A DNA stretch of 64,000 nt, from NCBI GenBank assembly GCA_965112155.1, contig OZ218098.1; one strand, given 5' to 3'. The notes below the pieces were generated by a model. The model saw nothing but the letters and a program-made list of their open reading frames with translations, did no database searches and was not told the DNA's origin. Source of the stretch: Podarcis liolepis. Lineage: Eukaryota. Positions 12,573-26,710 of the stretch are shown here, piece by piece (the first letter of the stretch is position 1; every line of letters begins with the position of its first letter). Made by a program: the position numbers and the translations under genes.

Positions 12573-13774
12573 TATTATGACTGAAACACTCTTTACAACC
12601 TCCAGCTTTATTTTATACAAGTAAAGAGCTGAAATGAAGGAACAGAGGAGGAAAAGCAAGTGTAGGAGAGCAAAGGAATCCAGTTTTCAAGTACAGTACT
12701 TGAGACCAGCGAGATCTGTTCAAGGAATTCCTGCAGTATTTCAATGAATCCACTGAGTGGAGCTACTCACCACAATATCTGTATGACTATTCTATACTTC
12801 TTTACCGACCAATACAGCTCCCAGTGCTCTCCCACTCCACCACCTGCCACAGGATTCCCACTACCACCAGTACCAAGTACCACTGACAAATACGCAACTA
12901 TTACAGCCTAGATTACCTTTGGGAGGCAGAATGAATGAGCTGAATTAGGAGTAGGCTTGTGCACCTGAGGGTCTAGTGAGTTGTGTTGTGCACCACAGGG
13001 TCAAGGATAAAAGACATGGCAAGAGACAAGTGGAAGTGCTTGTTATGAAGATGAAAACTGAAATGGCAAGGAGATGGGCAGTGACCTGGTATCAGCCACC
13101 ACTGGTAACACATCAGGAAACTCAACAGCATCCCACTTGGTGTGAACGATTACCTTTCCAAATTAATTCATCTTCCAGAAAACTGATCAGAAGAGACACT
13201 TTAATATGGTACTAAATTAATAAAATAACCCTGACCATCTGCTGCCATGTCCCCCAGGACCTTTCCTCTTTGTCACCTCAGATTACCTTCTTGCCATTGC
13301 TTCTGAAAATCATTAAATAAGGAATCAAATCCATCGAGATTCATTGTTCGCTACCTCACTAGATTTTAATTGGAGCAACAGCACTGAATTAGAAAGAGAA
13401 GATTAATTTTTTTTTAAAAAAAAACCTAAACACTTCCATAATCTGCAGCCTTCTTTTGTTTGAAATGAAACTCTTTTTTTTTGTCCAGTTGTGCCATCGT
13501 TTATATCTGCATAAGTATATCCCATTCTATCCTAAACATCTTTGCTTGTGACATAATGCAGCTACAAATAATTATGTATTTAACTACGTTTTACACTATG
13601 CTTTGATGTTACACTGCCATAGCCATTCCAGTTACAAAGCCATTTATAAATCCTATACTAAGTACACCCACAGCAAATCTGTGAACAAAGCAAAGTGTAT
13701 ACACAACAGACCTGAATGAATAGAATCAAGCCTTCTCCCTCAATCATTGCAATGTTTTTGAACTTTTCCTTCTT

Positions 13775-13802
13775 TCTCTCTCTCTCTCTCTCTCTCCCTC
13801 TC
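13775..13802. repeat. (TC)n microsatellite
   Basis: Read directly from the sequence. Confidence 0.9.
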
Positions 13803-15208
13803 TAATATTTTGCTTACAAGACTGCTGGGCCAGAAAGACCTCATCTGCCGAGCTTGTTTACTTGTTCACAAACCTTAATTTGCATCTCTGCATACATACC
13901 TATTAGCATATGCAAATTACTATCACAGGTCTGTGCTTTGAGTCTTTTAAGTGCTTGATTGTGCCCCTGATAGGGAAGAAGTGGGTGAAAGAACAGGGCA
14001 GACTTTTCTGACCTTTTTCTTTATGGTTATGCAATGACTGAACTGCAAGGCAAGCTGAAATCTTATCATATATTTCACTATACTAGCAAATCCATCTCAA
14101 TAAAAGCACCGCAGGGCATCACCATGGAAACTGCACATTACAAACAGCAAACAAGGAAGGTATTTGTGGCCCACTACCATTCCTTGATAAGGTTATATCC
14201 TTGAATCCAGTTTTATGCTTACAAGTATAGTGTGGATGCCCTCTAACTCAAGAATACATTGTTGAGTAGCAGTGACTTCAGGTGTTTCCAAATCACTTAA
14301 TGCCCATCATCAATGAGAGTGCTAGTTTCATAAACAGGCAACACACAACTTCAGGATTGCTCATGCCTGAGGATGTTCTTTCAAGAGGGTTTCTTTCTTA
14401 CTGCACTAAAACATTACTATTTAGGAAAAGGTAATTCTGTGCAATGGAACCTGCATTTGGTTAATGTACAACTGTACTAACTGCAATGCAGATACAGTAC
14501 TGCTCACAGAGAATATCTACTTCCCATAAATGAAAGTATGAAAACCAGAATGTGCTGTAATTTAGACAAGGAAAGAAGGCACTTGGATTTGATCCTAATA
14601 ATGCAAAAAATAGAATAGCTCTCAGAAACTGGGGAAATGTTTAAAAACAACCATAGGTATAAACCAATAAATAATATTAGTATGAAATTGTGTCTCATAC
14701 CACATCCGCTGTATATTTGCAACTGGGTGGTGGAACTTCCTGTATGGGACTAAGAGACGCTATCATGCAGATGCACCCAAATTCTCTTTGTGCAAACACA
14801 CACATGTGATATACTCCATAATTGATTTTTACCTAAACTGTGTTGTTGTTGTTTTAACTCCCAGAGAGGTAACGTTAAAAACAAAAAATGTCTGGTAGCA
14901 TCTTAAAGACCAACAGTGGAAAAGCAAAGGCTGGACCTGGGGGCCACAGTCCCTGCTGCCCAAGCTCTTTGATATTGCTACCCAAAGTGTGGCAGATGAT
15001 GGAACTGTGAAAAACAAGTCCAGCGTCTTTGTTTGGCCGCTAGGTCGCAAGTGTATATACTGACCAGCACCAAAACACCACAGGGTGTTAAAGAATAAAA
15101 ATGTATTAACCACACAACCCAATAATGTCAATTATTTCACGCTACAAAGCTGCTTTTGCTGTTCCTACGTCATTTCAATTTGGCATGCTATCACCTTTAA
15201 ACCCTTAT

Positions 15209-15238
15209 TCTCTCTCTCTCTCTATATATATATATATA
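15209..15238. repeat. (TC)n(TA)n compound microsatellite
   Basis: Read directly from the sequence. Confidence 0.9.
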
Positions 15239-17157
15239 ATAGCTGTAGCATAGTTACTACTGTTCTGTGAAGGAACCATACTTTGATAAACTCAATTCAT
15301 GGAGTGATCGAAGTCAGTGCAATATTGTGTGCACACAACAGTGCACTCTCAAGAGGAGTACCACCAGTTCCCCAAAATTAACCTTTTAGCAAATATACAT
15401 CTAAGATCTGACTGTGTGCACCAGCATAGTCGCAGATCTAGTAATGAACAGGATCAGTGGGTGAGCTGCACTGCTGTAGTCCTAGTTTTCAACCAATACA
15501 TTGCGTTTCTTAGACCAGACGTATTTTCACTACTCATCTAAAAGCACAGCTAGTGTTACAAATAATAGCTTCTTTAGATACATTTTTATACTGGAACTTC
15601 AGCTTTCCTTTGTTGTGGCAAATAAGGTAACCTTATTCCCATCCTAGCAAACAACATCCTGGATCATACTAATGAATGTAAACTGCACTGCCACCGCATG
15701 GATGATACTGCTGCCTGGGGAAATAAACACACTCCCTGAATTGCAAGTAGCTATTGATTTAGCACACCAAGCAAATGGTTGTACTCTCCCTGGCCCTTTG
15801 AGTTGCTTTATCAAACAAGAAATCATATGCATTTTGTGGTACATAACAAAAGAGATAATCTATTTTGGGGGATATGGAATTATAATAAATTACAATGAAT
15901 TGCTGAATTTACAGTCTTACAACAAGAAGAGAAAAACTCAAAAAGATTGTTAGTTCCTCTGAAATAAATTAATAGCTTAACTGAAAAATATGTCAAAACT
16001 AACAGCACTCTTGAAAGTAACTTATTTTCAAAGTATGGGCTGTTTTTCATGCCACTATACCAAGCTTAATAATCTTCGAATGTATGCAAAGTGCTCTAGT
16101 GCAAGGAACTTAAAAAAAACCAAAAAACGACAATATATTTCAGAAAGCAGGATATTCAGTAAGGTTACAGCATTATTTTAGACCAATTCTTAGTGGGTTA
16201 CCTTCTCTTAGAAAATACAGAGATCATTTAGAATTAGCCCCAAGCGCACTTGTCAGGGGCTTGACTAGCTTTTACTTGCTCACTATAGTAAAGAGCCCAA
16301 GGCCAGCATTTTTCCAGTTATCAGAGTGATGCCACTACCAACACAACTGCAAAGCCGAAATGATTTTTTGGATGATGCAATTTGCAACAGAGGGCAGTAG
16401 CAGGCCACAGGAATATAAGATGAGATGACAAGAGTTGCAGCAAGCAGAGTCAAATCAATCAAAGAAGACAGCAACAAGGTTATCTCAGAATGCTATCTAC
16501 AGGTCATCAACAACCCATCCTGGACTGTGGGGAAAGAAACCTCCTTCAAGTTCATAGAAGGCTTCCAGCCAGTGATCTGTAAGTAAATGAAGGCGTAAGG
16601 AAAACTTAAAATGTTACCTTTGCATCATGAGAGCATCTGTGGCATGCACTGATGCAGGTTGCCGGTACAAGACCTGACTCTGAAACTGAAATAATGGCAA
16701 AATGGCCCCAGGAAGCCTAGAATGAAACATTTATGCAGTCTGCTACTTCCCAGGCCTTCCTTGCAACTCAGGCCTCTTTGGCTAGGAACCGAAAAGATGC
16801 ACCACAACTTCACAAGAGGACTTTCTAAGCTGCGGTGATCTGAAAAACTTGAGGTGAAAGACAGAAGGGTGCCTCCACCATTCCATGCACAGAAGCTAAC
16901 ACAAACACTGCCTTCTAGCATATTTGTGCACCCTCCATACACCCAGAGACAGAAGCATTTGTTGGCATTCTTAATTATGCCACCTGAGGCAGCTACCTCA
17001 CCCTTACTAATGGTGAAAAAGGGTGCCCCTTGATAAATAGAAAATTCATGTGAGCATTGTGAAAGTACCTTATAGCAGCAGCTTCCAAAATTGATTCTGA
17101 ACTACACATTATATTGAGTGATTAGTCAATATAATCCATACCTACAGCATATAGGTA

Positions 17158-17527
17158 GGGACGCGGGTGGCGCTGTAGGTAAAACCTCAGCACGTAGGAC
17201 TTGCCGATCGCATGGTAGGCGGTTCGAATCCCTGTGGCGGGGTGAGCTCCCGCCGTCTGGTCACAGCTCCTACCCACCTAGCAGTTCGAAAGCACCCTTA
17301 AGTGCAAGTAGATAAATAGGTACCGCTTAATAGCAGGGAGGTAAACGGCATTTCCGTGTGCTGCGCTGGTGCTGGCTCGCCAGAGCAGCTTCGTCACGCT
17401 GGCCACGTGACCCGGAAGTGTCTGCGGACAGTGCTGGCTCCCGGCCTCTAGAGTGCGATGAGCGCACAACCCTAGAGTCTGTCAAGACTGGCCCGTACGG
17501 GCAGGGGTACCTTTACCTTTACCTTTA
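17158..17527 (+). mobile_element. Full-length Sauria SINE (tRNA-derived)
   Basis: GGGACGCGGGTGGCGCTG head, B box GGTTCGAATCC (17221-17231), (ACCTTT)n tail, flanking direct repeat tacagcatat (17143-17152 / 17526-17535), CpGs retained. Confidence 0.92.
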
Positions 17528-18844
17528 CAGCATATTGAGTCTGGACATGGAACACCCTGATCTGAATCCCTGCAACACTATGGTCAAGTAGCCTTGACCA
17601 AGTTTCCATCTTTAAGTCTGAAACTACCCCACTAGGTTGCTGTGAGACTGAAACACTCTGCTCTGAAGTCCTTAAAGAAAGAGGGAAGAGAAACATTAAG
17701 CCCTAAAACGGCCCAGAAACAACTGCAGACTAGAAGCCCAGCATAAAGAAAACTTATACTTGTCCTGTTCTTTGACAGAAAATGTTTTAATCTGCTATGT
17801 AAATTATATTTCTCCAAACCAAGAGTTAAATGTTGTCTTTCTTAACATTTAAGGAATGGCAACATTTTCTAGTGGAAAAGTGTTGTTCCACAACCACATG
17901 ACTCAAAATCAGAGTCATGCTGCTTAAATTTTACACCAAGCTAGGAAAGCCTATTCTGAAAAGAAGCTTAATTCATGAAATCTGACATTTTCAAATAAAT
18001 TAATATTTAAGTCTCTGGAAAATATGCTCCTTTGTGTCAATTTAAATGGGTTACAATGCACTACATGGGCTCCATTCTCAGACATTGTTGGGTAAAATTC
18101 CACACTTATGTAAATGCAATCTGAACTCTAGCACAAAATACTATTTTGAAGACTCTAAACTTTCACTTTAAACTGCTTCAAGCCTTTAGGGATGTAGGCG
18201 TGAATTATTATTTTTCCAGTAACCCAATTCACAATAAGAGGTGGCTCTTTAATCCAAATTATGCACAAAATCCAGCTGCATGTGGAAAACATCCAAACAT
18301 ATTAGTAACCCGGTAATATATGTGCATCTTCATGTATTATCCATATAGTAGCCTGTGCTATCATGTCCATCTGTCCTCTTTTATATAGAACAAATGTCTG
18401 GTTATTTTACAGAAGATGGTTTTGATCTCCATTGCAGGCCAGAAAAGGGTATGAGGGAAAGAAGGCAGCAGGATGATTGCCATATTACTTTAAAATCATC
18501 GCACTTTATGGTTTCTATTTACAGTACTGTATTACTCCTTTCACACATATACTAAGTTGGATACAGCACCAATATGCTGTGCTTTTCCAGCATCAGATTT
18601 GCATAATTTTGACAACTTCCAGACATGCAGCATGTCCATGAGTGTTTGTGAATATTGTTCAATGTTCACTTTCACAGCCTGTATCTTTCACCAATCTTGC
18701 AAAGCAACAACGTGCCTGTAGCCTCAAGTTGACATATGGTTTCTTGGCTGCAGCAAGTTATGGAACATAAATTTACAATTTAGGAAATGGAAGTAAATTT
18801 GAATCCAACCCATTCCACTTTCTTCTTAAAGCTTCCCTAGATCT

Positions 18845-19081
18845 TTGGATTAAACCTATATCTCTATAGATGTTGTTGGACTCTACAACTTCCTTCAGAC
18901 CTGGCCAACATGACCAATTGCCAGAGTTTAAGAGAGATGTAATTCAGCAATATCTGAAGGGCCACGGCTTCCTCTTTTCTGTTCTAATCATTCCTAGGTC
19001 CATTGTCTAAAGCACTGTTTCCCAAACTTGGGTCTCCAGCTGCTTTTGGACTACAATTCCCATCATTCCTGACCACTGGTC
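18845..19081. mobile_element. Two degenerate hAT MITE pieces (ccagatg..ggactacaa.tcccatca family)
   Basis: Similarity to the intact copies at 41857 and 56209. Confidence 0.6.
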
Positions 19082-19235
19082 AAATATGTATATTAAAGAT
19101 AGAAGATTTTCATGCAGTTCTGCTGAATTATACAGGGACACTATAAGTGGACACAGGCATGTGCCTCCAATACCATATTATTCTAAGACTAGATTTTAAG
19201 TTTTTCATTTTAAAAAGGTAAAAAAAAGGTCTTAC

Positions 19236-19332
19236 CACTTCTGGAAGCAATTTAATTGCAAGGTCGTGGATGGCTTTGATCACTATACATAGCGAAGACA
19301 GGAGAAATATCACACCCAAGATGACACAGGCG
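19236..19332 (-). CDS. TMEM163: TMEM163 exon 5 equivalent, (I)ACVILGVIFLLSSLCIVIKAIHDLAIKLLPEV
   Basis: 97 nt; acceptor cttcttttttacAG, donor GTAAGA; visible in ORF 19128..19319. Confidence 0.97.
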
Positions 19333-22300
19333 CTGTAAAAAAGAAGAAAGGAAGAAATATTTGTAACTCATTTGGGGCTTTGGGGCCTATTGATTGATGG
19401 CACACAGGATTCTGCAATGAACATAATGTTCAGAGAATGAATGTCTACTGAAATCCTAGAGATTGCTATATTGAATGAAGAGAAGCACACTCTACCCTTT
19501 GCCATTGGACAGGAAACCAAAAGCCACTGGGAAACTGCTCCTCCTGCGTCCCATGAAAAATCATCACTGCAAGGGGGAAGATCAGCCTGGCCCCATGCAA
19601 CAGCAAGGGTTAAATATCAGGTCCTTTTAATCACAAGAACGGAAAAGAGAATCACTGTTAGGAACTCCAAGGTCTGAATTAGACATAGGTCATATGATGC
19701 ATGCCCTATCAACTAGTAAGCTACCAGAGTCTGAATACCCTCAGGCCTCATGGGAGGCGGGGGAGGGGCAGTTTGACAAGGTAAATGTGTACAAACTTTC
19801 TAGAAAGCGTTTAGCAATTTTCCTGTTGTATTTCCCCCAGTGTTTAGAAGTTTAAACGATACTGTGTAAATAAGATAGAAACCTATGCAGAGGTTTCTAA
19901 ACTGCAATTTAAAGCAGAAACTGTGCTGCACTGCTAATGGAAGTCATTTTTAGGGAGTTCTCTATCTCAAACAAATCCTATGTAAACAGAACTCCTGGTA
20001 ACCACGGTGTTTTGAACATCTCCCAGACTATTCTGATAAATGATGCTGTATGATAATTCCTTTCGTAACCAGCATCTGTTTTCTTTATTATAAGAAATAA
20101 AGAAGCAACGATTCTCATCTGGCATTCAGTGTCTTGTCACCTATTGGGAGCGCAGTCTGAGCCTGTTATAATTAGCACAGCAGTGCGCTACTATTTTTTA
20201 CCCTGTAGACATTAGCCAATCTGGAGGTTTGGCAGAACATGCAAAATTTACATCAAACTCATTAAAGAGGCTGCAAAGGAGTCAGCAGGGTTCTGCCAAG
20301 CTTAGGAAATGCAAGCTCAAGTTGTGACATCGTCACAACATTTTGTGGCATACCATCTTCAGAAATGAAGACATGGGGCCTTATGCTAGAGCACATTTGC
20401 TGGCGATTCCAAGATGCTAAAGCTCTGTGTTGCTCTCCCAGGAACAACTGTAAGAGCAGGAAGGGAGATTGGCTGCATAGATCACTGCAAAATCAGACAG
20501 GATTTTTTCACTGATGTTACAGCAAGACTACAGAATTCCATCACTGGAGAATTGAGGACAAACCTTCATTGATCCTAGGATAAATATTCAACACTTTCTG
20601 AAGGCAGATATCCAAAATAAACTTGTGTAAGGTAAGGTCCTCTACCTGTAGCAGAGATGGCACAAGCAGTCACGGGACTGTGGGACCCTTGGCAAAGCTG
20701 ATGCACTCAAGAGTGTGTCTATACCAAAATGTATCCTTGGCACTTGGCCCAACCTCTGCTTCTGCATCAACTCCCAGCCCAAACTAGCTTGTTTCCATTT
20801 GTTTCTCTAAGCCAAGTCTCACTGATGCAGACAGGAACAGGTGCAAAAAAATATTTTAAAAATCTAATTGGCTCCGATAATTCCTGAGCCAGTCTTAATT
20901 CAGAAATTATCTGTCCACGCCACTGAGAGCTCCCCAAACCCTTTCCTTTCTACTGACACCCATCCACTGATTCTTTGATCCACTTTCTTCTCTGCCCCAC
21001 TTCCTTGGGTGGCAGTTCTCCAGCGGTGGCAGCAAACAGGGAAGGGAAGAATTTCTGCAAGTAGCAACACTGTTCTGCCAATAGCAGCAGACACAGAAGG
21101 AAAGGCCTCTCCATCTTCCCCTCCCATACCTGATATACTACTACGCAGTATGCCAGGCCACAAACAGCCTGTGGAAATGTAGCTTCCCCAAGGCAGACAT
21201 TGCAGTAGACCTTGAGAAAATGATATTTCACATATGTGGCTTACCATTTTCACACAAAAAGCGGAGTCTTAAAATAAGGGTTTTACTCTCTAACCTAAAT
21301 TTGGTGCCTCTTTTTCTACCCAGCAGAGAGGAAACATACAAGGAATCAAAATCTGAATAGCTTATTACATCAAAAATCGGAAGCTTCTGTCCACATCAAA
21401 TGGGATAAAATGTACAGGAAACTATGGCTAAAATGGAAATTTATGTTTCAGGATTATTAAAATAACAATAATTCTGTGGCAGCTGCCACAGACAACAGCT
21501 ATCAGTTTATATTTAGCAGAATACTGACACCTTGGATAGGGTGAAAATGCAAACAAAAAAGGAGAGGAGCGCTATTATCTTTTGAATGATTTATCACTCA
21601 TTCATCATATTTAGCTAGGGCAGCATCTTTTTTAATATACTTGCTGCGAAATTCTGAGGTCATGCAAAATTCATGAGTGTGCCTGTCTTTATACCTATAG
21701 CAGAATATCTTAATGGCTGAGGCACTTCTAAGTGTGCTGATTTCTCTCTGCACTGCAGCTAGAATGTTTTATTGTACACTATACTGTTCCACTGCTAGCA
21801 AACAAAAACCTGATAAAACTAGAAAGTCACCCAAAGAGATACATAAGAATGAGAAAACAACATTTTTTACCAAAATTATAAAGAGCTATACCTAGAGAAA
21901 AGCCTGTGGGATACATCTGGGGTGCAAGTTGACTCTCCCAGCCCCTCTTCACCTACACACACAGCCTCTCTAGGGTCTGGTAACCTAAACAATGTGACCT
22001 GTGATGTAAGGGAGATGCTGGAAAATCAGGTGAAGGCAGTGGAAAATAACTCATTTTTCAAGGATCCCTTCTATTACTGCTCAATACACCATGTATAATT
22101 CCCTATTCCATGACTTTCTGGGGAAGCAGCCTTGATGGCCCAGCATGGGGTGGGGGAGCAACCAGCACTTCAGACTTCAAAGACAACAGGGAAGTGCTTT
22201 GCAGCCATGAAAGAAGCTAGGAGTGCAGATGAGAGTTAATCTGCATCCACAGAGGGCTCTTGAGGAGTGGAGCTTAGGAGCAGACCAGAGTAAAAAGACT

Positions 22301-24448
22301 TCATCCAGTCCAATCTGATTCGGAGACCTAAAAGGGGACGTCTCCCCACTGCAGTCTTCATCTGGACTTACCCACCCAATATTGCTTACTTTACTTCTGG
22401 TTGTGTTGTTTCATCTTAAACAGGTTGGCTTCAGTTATCAACATTGCTATGGACAGCCGTTGGTCATTGTTTTCAGGGTCAGGAGGGAACATTGCCCACA
22501 GACAGATTGGATGTATCCTGTGGGTTTTCACCTACTTCATATCAATCGTCACAACTTTCCAGTGGTGGAAGAATCATTGAGCTGTAGGCCTTAGTAGGGA
22601 GAGGTGGGGAAGGGCACCCTAAGCCATCCTATCAGGAGCTGCTGGACCATAGTGCCCACCCCCAACCAGTGGCCAGATTCCTGTGCATTATCACAACACT
22701 AGGGCTCTTTAAAGCATTTCAAATCCAAAAGTTACAACACATGAGAATAAAAACTTCATAGGAGCCTTTGAAGCACAACCATCTGTCGAATGCATTTGAC
22801 TTCACATTCCAGAGCAGCATTCTTAAGTGAAAAGTGATGTCATTATGACCCTTATGCATGGTATCCTTGCTCATTGGTGCCATCAGGGCACAGAAGTTTA
22901 GGACCCTATTGAGTAGAATGAGCAAGAGAGCCCCCAAACTGCTATATACATTGCCTTCTCCAGTAAGAACAGTCTAATTTTACTTAACTGCACTAACTGT
23001 TCTCTGGGAATCTGAACAGAAGTCATCTAAGCCTACATACACACAACAATTTATTTTAAAATCAATGAAGACTGACTACTTCGGTGTGTGTTTTCTGTCT
23101 AGTCAACCCATAATCTATATCTATTGCATATATTTTATCCCTAAAATGCACTTCTTGAAAATCAGTTTTATTCCAAAAATAACAGCTCATTGCAAGTTGA
23201 TTCCAGATTTCCTAACAGTGTATCCATTGGGAAACAGTTGAAAACTGATGTAACAGAAATGGTGCGTGTATATCCACACCTGCTCAATGATGTTGTGGGT
23301 GGGCATATACCAAGACTGCAATCACCACTTCCTTCTTCATTCACTTGCAGCATGTGCAGGGAGGAAAAGGAATGGATAACCTAATCAGGATAACCACACC
23401 AACCCTTTTGGATGGAAGCAGCATGTTGAGGACAAGCATGGATGGTTGTGATTTGGGGGGGGGGGGATACATTTTTTGTGCCACTAATTGGCTAGCATAT
23501 ATGCAGTCTAAGAGGGTACTAAAGTTAAGCCGCAACCCACTGGCATTATTTTTCTGCCCACATTTTATCAATACAATGAATTTCATGTGCCTCCTGAAGA
23601 CTGCACACATGACATGCTGACATGCTGCACACATGACAGAGCTTGGTTTACTGGACACAATACATAGTATGTGTTTTGCAGCAGCTTCCAATTCATGAGA
23701 CCTAGGAATAGAGCTGCCTGACCTTTGAGATACAAACACTTAGAAACTACATGTGGGAAGTGATAGGGAGCAGTACCAGCAGGTTTAAATAGGTTGGGGT
23801 GAAATGTTTCCTTCCTTGATACACAAAAAAGGGCAACTACAATGCTTAACAACTTTTGGGGGAAAGGCAACCTGCCGCTACTTAATGGTTTGTGCTGAGC
23901 ACTATTCAAAGAGCGATATGAAATTGCGGAAGAAGTTCCTAAAAATCCAAAATGAGGCCATGAGTATGTCCTCCTTATTGTTCAAAATTAAGATACAGTG
24001 GACTGTAAATAATATATAATGGCAATATGCTCATGAAAGTCATTTTTCACTGACTGACTCCACTTGAATCAATAAAAGTGCTTTAAAATTACCAAATGTA
24101 GGGGATGGATGGGAGAAATTCATGAAAGAGAAAACAGTTAATTGCTGGTAAGATAAGCGATGCATCTCCACTACAATTTAACAAATGTGTGGAAGCAAAC
24201 CGCATGTCTGAAAACACATCAGTAAGAAGCACCAGGAATTTCAGCTAGCCACAATTTCTGGGGTGGCATTTGTCTTGCCTCTTTAAGCATGCAGCTCCCA
24301 CCAACACATTACTATGGCCACTGTAGTAGATAAACAATGTTTTCTCTATTCTATAAATCTGAAGTGGCCCAATGTCAAAAACCAAACTAGTAACTTCAAA
24401 GCAATTATTCAAATAGGCAAATGTCTAGGTGAGCCATCAAAACTAGGG

Positions 24449-24584
24449 CTGGGGTAGGGACCCATGGCCCTCCATATTACGTTGGATCAAACTCCCATCA
24501 GCCCCAACCAGTATTGCTTATAGTCCGGAATGATAGGAATTACCAGTCCAGCAACATCTGGAGGACCACAGTTCCCCATCTCTG
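24449..24584. mobile_element. hAT MITE (same family)
   Basis: ggccctcca...aactcccatcagc ... gcaacatctggaggaccacagttcccc. Confidence 0.65.
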
Positions 24585-25972
24585 GATTAGGCATCTATAG
24601 GATGCTGCTTTTTGTTCTGTTTTGAGTGAATAGAACCCTAAATGTGTGTTTATGCCCATGTGATGGTAGCATCCCCTTCTCTTTCAGATGATTCCTTCAT
24701 CCTACAAGCAGAGCTGTGATGTCATGATGGATAAGAATGAATCTGTAACAGTGTGTGAAGTTGTCTGCATCTCTTTGTGAGGCTAGCCCTCAGGCTTTGC
24801 AATCTCAAAGGCTTTTCTGTTTCGAGTCATCCCTATGAAAATTGTTCACTACTCCACTGTTCCATGTAAGAATATTCAGCAATGTTTTGACGCAACTGCT
24901 ATTTTACAGTACATCTCTCTCTCTAACCAAAGAGCAAAATGTAGTTTATATAATTTAGCTTCTGTAAAATATCCAGTGTGGGATATCTCCCTGTCTAATT
25001 ATAATCCCGCTGACTTTCCAGCAAACGGAATGTAGTAACAATATGTCTAAATGAGTATATAATAAAGCCCTTGGTAATTACTACTCTCAGTTCAATCTGC
25101 TGAGAGCAGCAGAGGTGTGGCAACAGAATTAAGCATTAAGTAAAAATTAGTGAAGCATGCAAATACAATCTGTACAAATGTTTTCACTTAAACTTGCCAG
25201 TACATAGATATTATGCTGCCTCCCTCCTTTAGTGCACTCTGCGTAGCAAGATATCTTTCACATGGAGTTGAAACCAATTTTAGCAGCTCTCCGCATAGTT
25301 AATTAGGATATTCACTGAACTGTGATGACATTTTGCTAAATAAAACAAGATTGTCAATATCAGTCAAATAACTAGCTAGTCGACTTTGTTAGCTTGTGCT
25401 TATCTTACAGCTTGGCTGTCAAAGCTGCCAGAAAAACAGACCTCGTTTTCTTCTAACATAACATTTTTTTAAAAAAATCAACAAAACCTTTTATTCTTAT
25501 TACAAAGCGATAGCTAACATAGTATGTCAAAATTCTCACGCAACAATTAAGTATGTGCTTCACATTTCCATTGAGGTCAATGGGATTTTAGATTGCTGAA
25601 CCTTTTGACTGCATTGTATCTCTGATTTATGTTCACTGCAAAATGTTCAACATCTTTATTGTGTGTACCTCAGGAATCTAAACTTCAAGCTATGGGTGAA
25701 ACAAATTTAAAGACTGTAAGAAGATTATTCAGCTGAGCAAAAGTACTCCTGGCCACCATCAAAATCAGGAAAGCCAGGTCCAGGTGCAATTTCTGTGGTT
25801 ATAAAAAGTTAATCAGGAGTTTATTTGTTAAAAAGGAAGGTAAAACTATTCCTCAGAGTTGAGGGAACAACTACACATTTCTAGCTCAACAATCATTTTA
25901 CCAACACAATCCTATGTGTAGCTACTCAGAAGTCCCACTGAGTCCAAAGTGACTTGCTCACCAGTAAGTGTG

Positions 25973-26710
25973 TGCTACAAGGTGCCTGTGGGATCAATAA
26001 TGCCCCTGAGGTCTTCCCCTGGTGCCCATGAAGCTTCAGCCCTGGCCCTGCCACACTGCACCCTGGTCATGAGGTGGTTAGGGCTATTGTCTTTTTTCCG
26101 CCCTTGAAAAGTACATAGAGCTGAAGGAGGAAGAGTGACCATCTTCCTCACCCATGAAAGAGACACCTTGTGGACCACTTGTATAACACTGCGCCCATCC
26201 CCACTTACTGCAGCAAAAGACTGGAACCGATTGTGGCGTTTGCCTCCTAGGTGGGTCATAAGGAAAGGGTTCAATGAGTGTGAAGTGATTGGCCAGTGGG
26301 AACCCATGGGGAGGAGTTAGAGTTAGAGTTGGAGTTGTGTGGAAGTCAGTTGGGAGTTGGAGAAGGAAGAGGGAGGATAAGTCTGTGGGTTGGTCGAGTT
26401 GTGTTGTGAGAGAGTGAGAGAAGCTGATAGGAGTCAGATAGACAGTTAGGATAATCAGTTAGCAGTTATTAGGAAAGGTATAGGCAGGTATAGAAACTAA
26501 GATTAAGAAACTGACAAGAAAAATTATCTGAAGCCATAAACTTGTTAAGGCTTATAAAATAAACTTGCTTATTTGATTTAATGTTAACAACTGTCTGGAC
26601 TCAGTGTGTACCCAAGAGAAATGGGTTAGTAGCAGTGGGGAAGTGATCATAGTGGTGGCACAGGGATCAATAGACCATCAAACGTCCAGGGACCTTGTGT
26701 GATCGCCACA
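25973..26710 (+). mobile_element. LTR-like element (probable solo LTR)
   Basis: TG...CA ends, about 740 bp, purine-rich middle, AATAAA at 26558-26563. Interrupts a caatcctat...gtaagt repeat. No TSD found. Confidence 0.5.

Noticed and set aside
16618-16685. Possible cryptic minus-strand exon (ttatttcAG ... AAG/GTAACA)
   Set aside because: Weak pyrimidine tract, and such pseudo-exons are common in long introns; no independent support.
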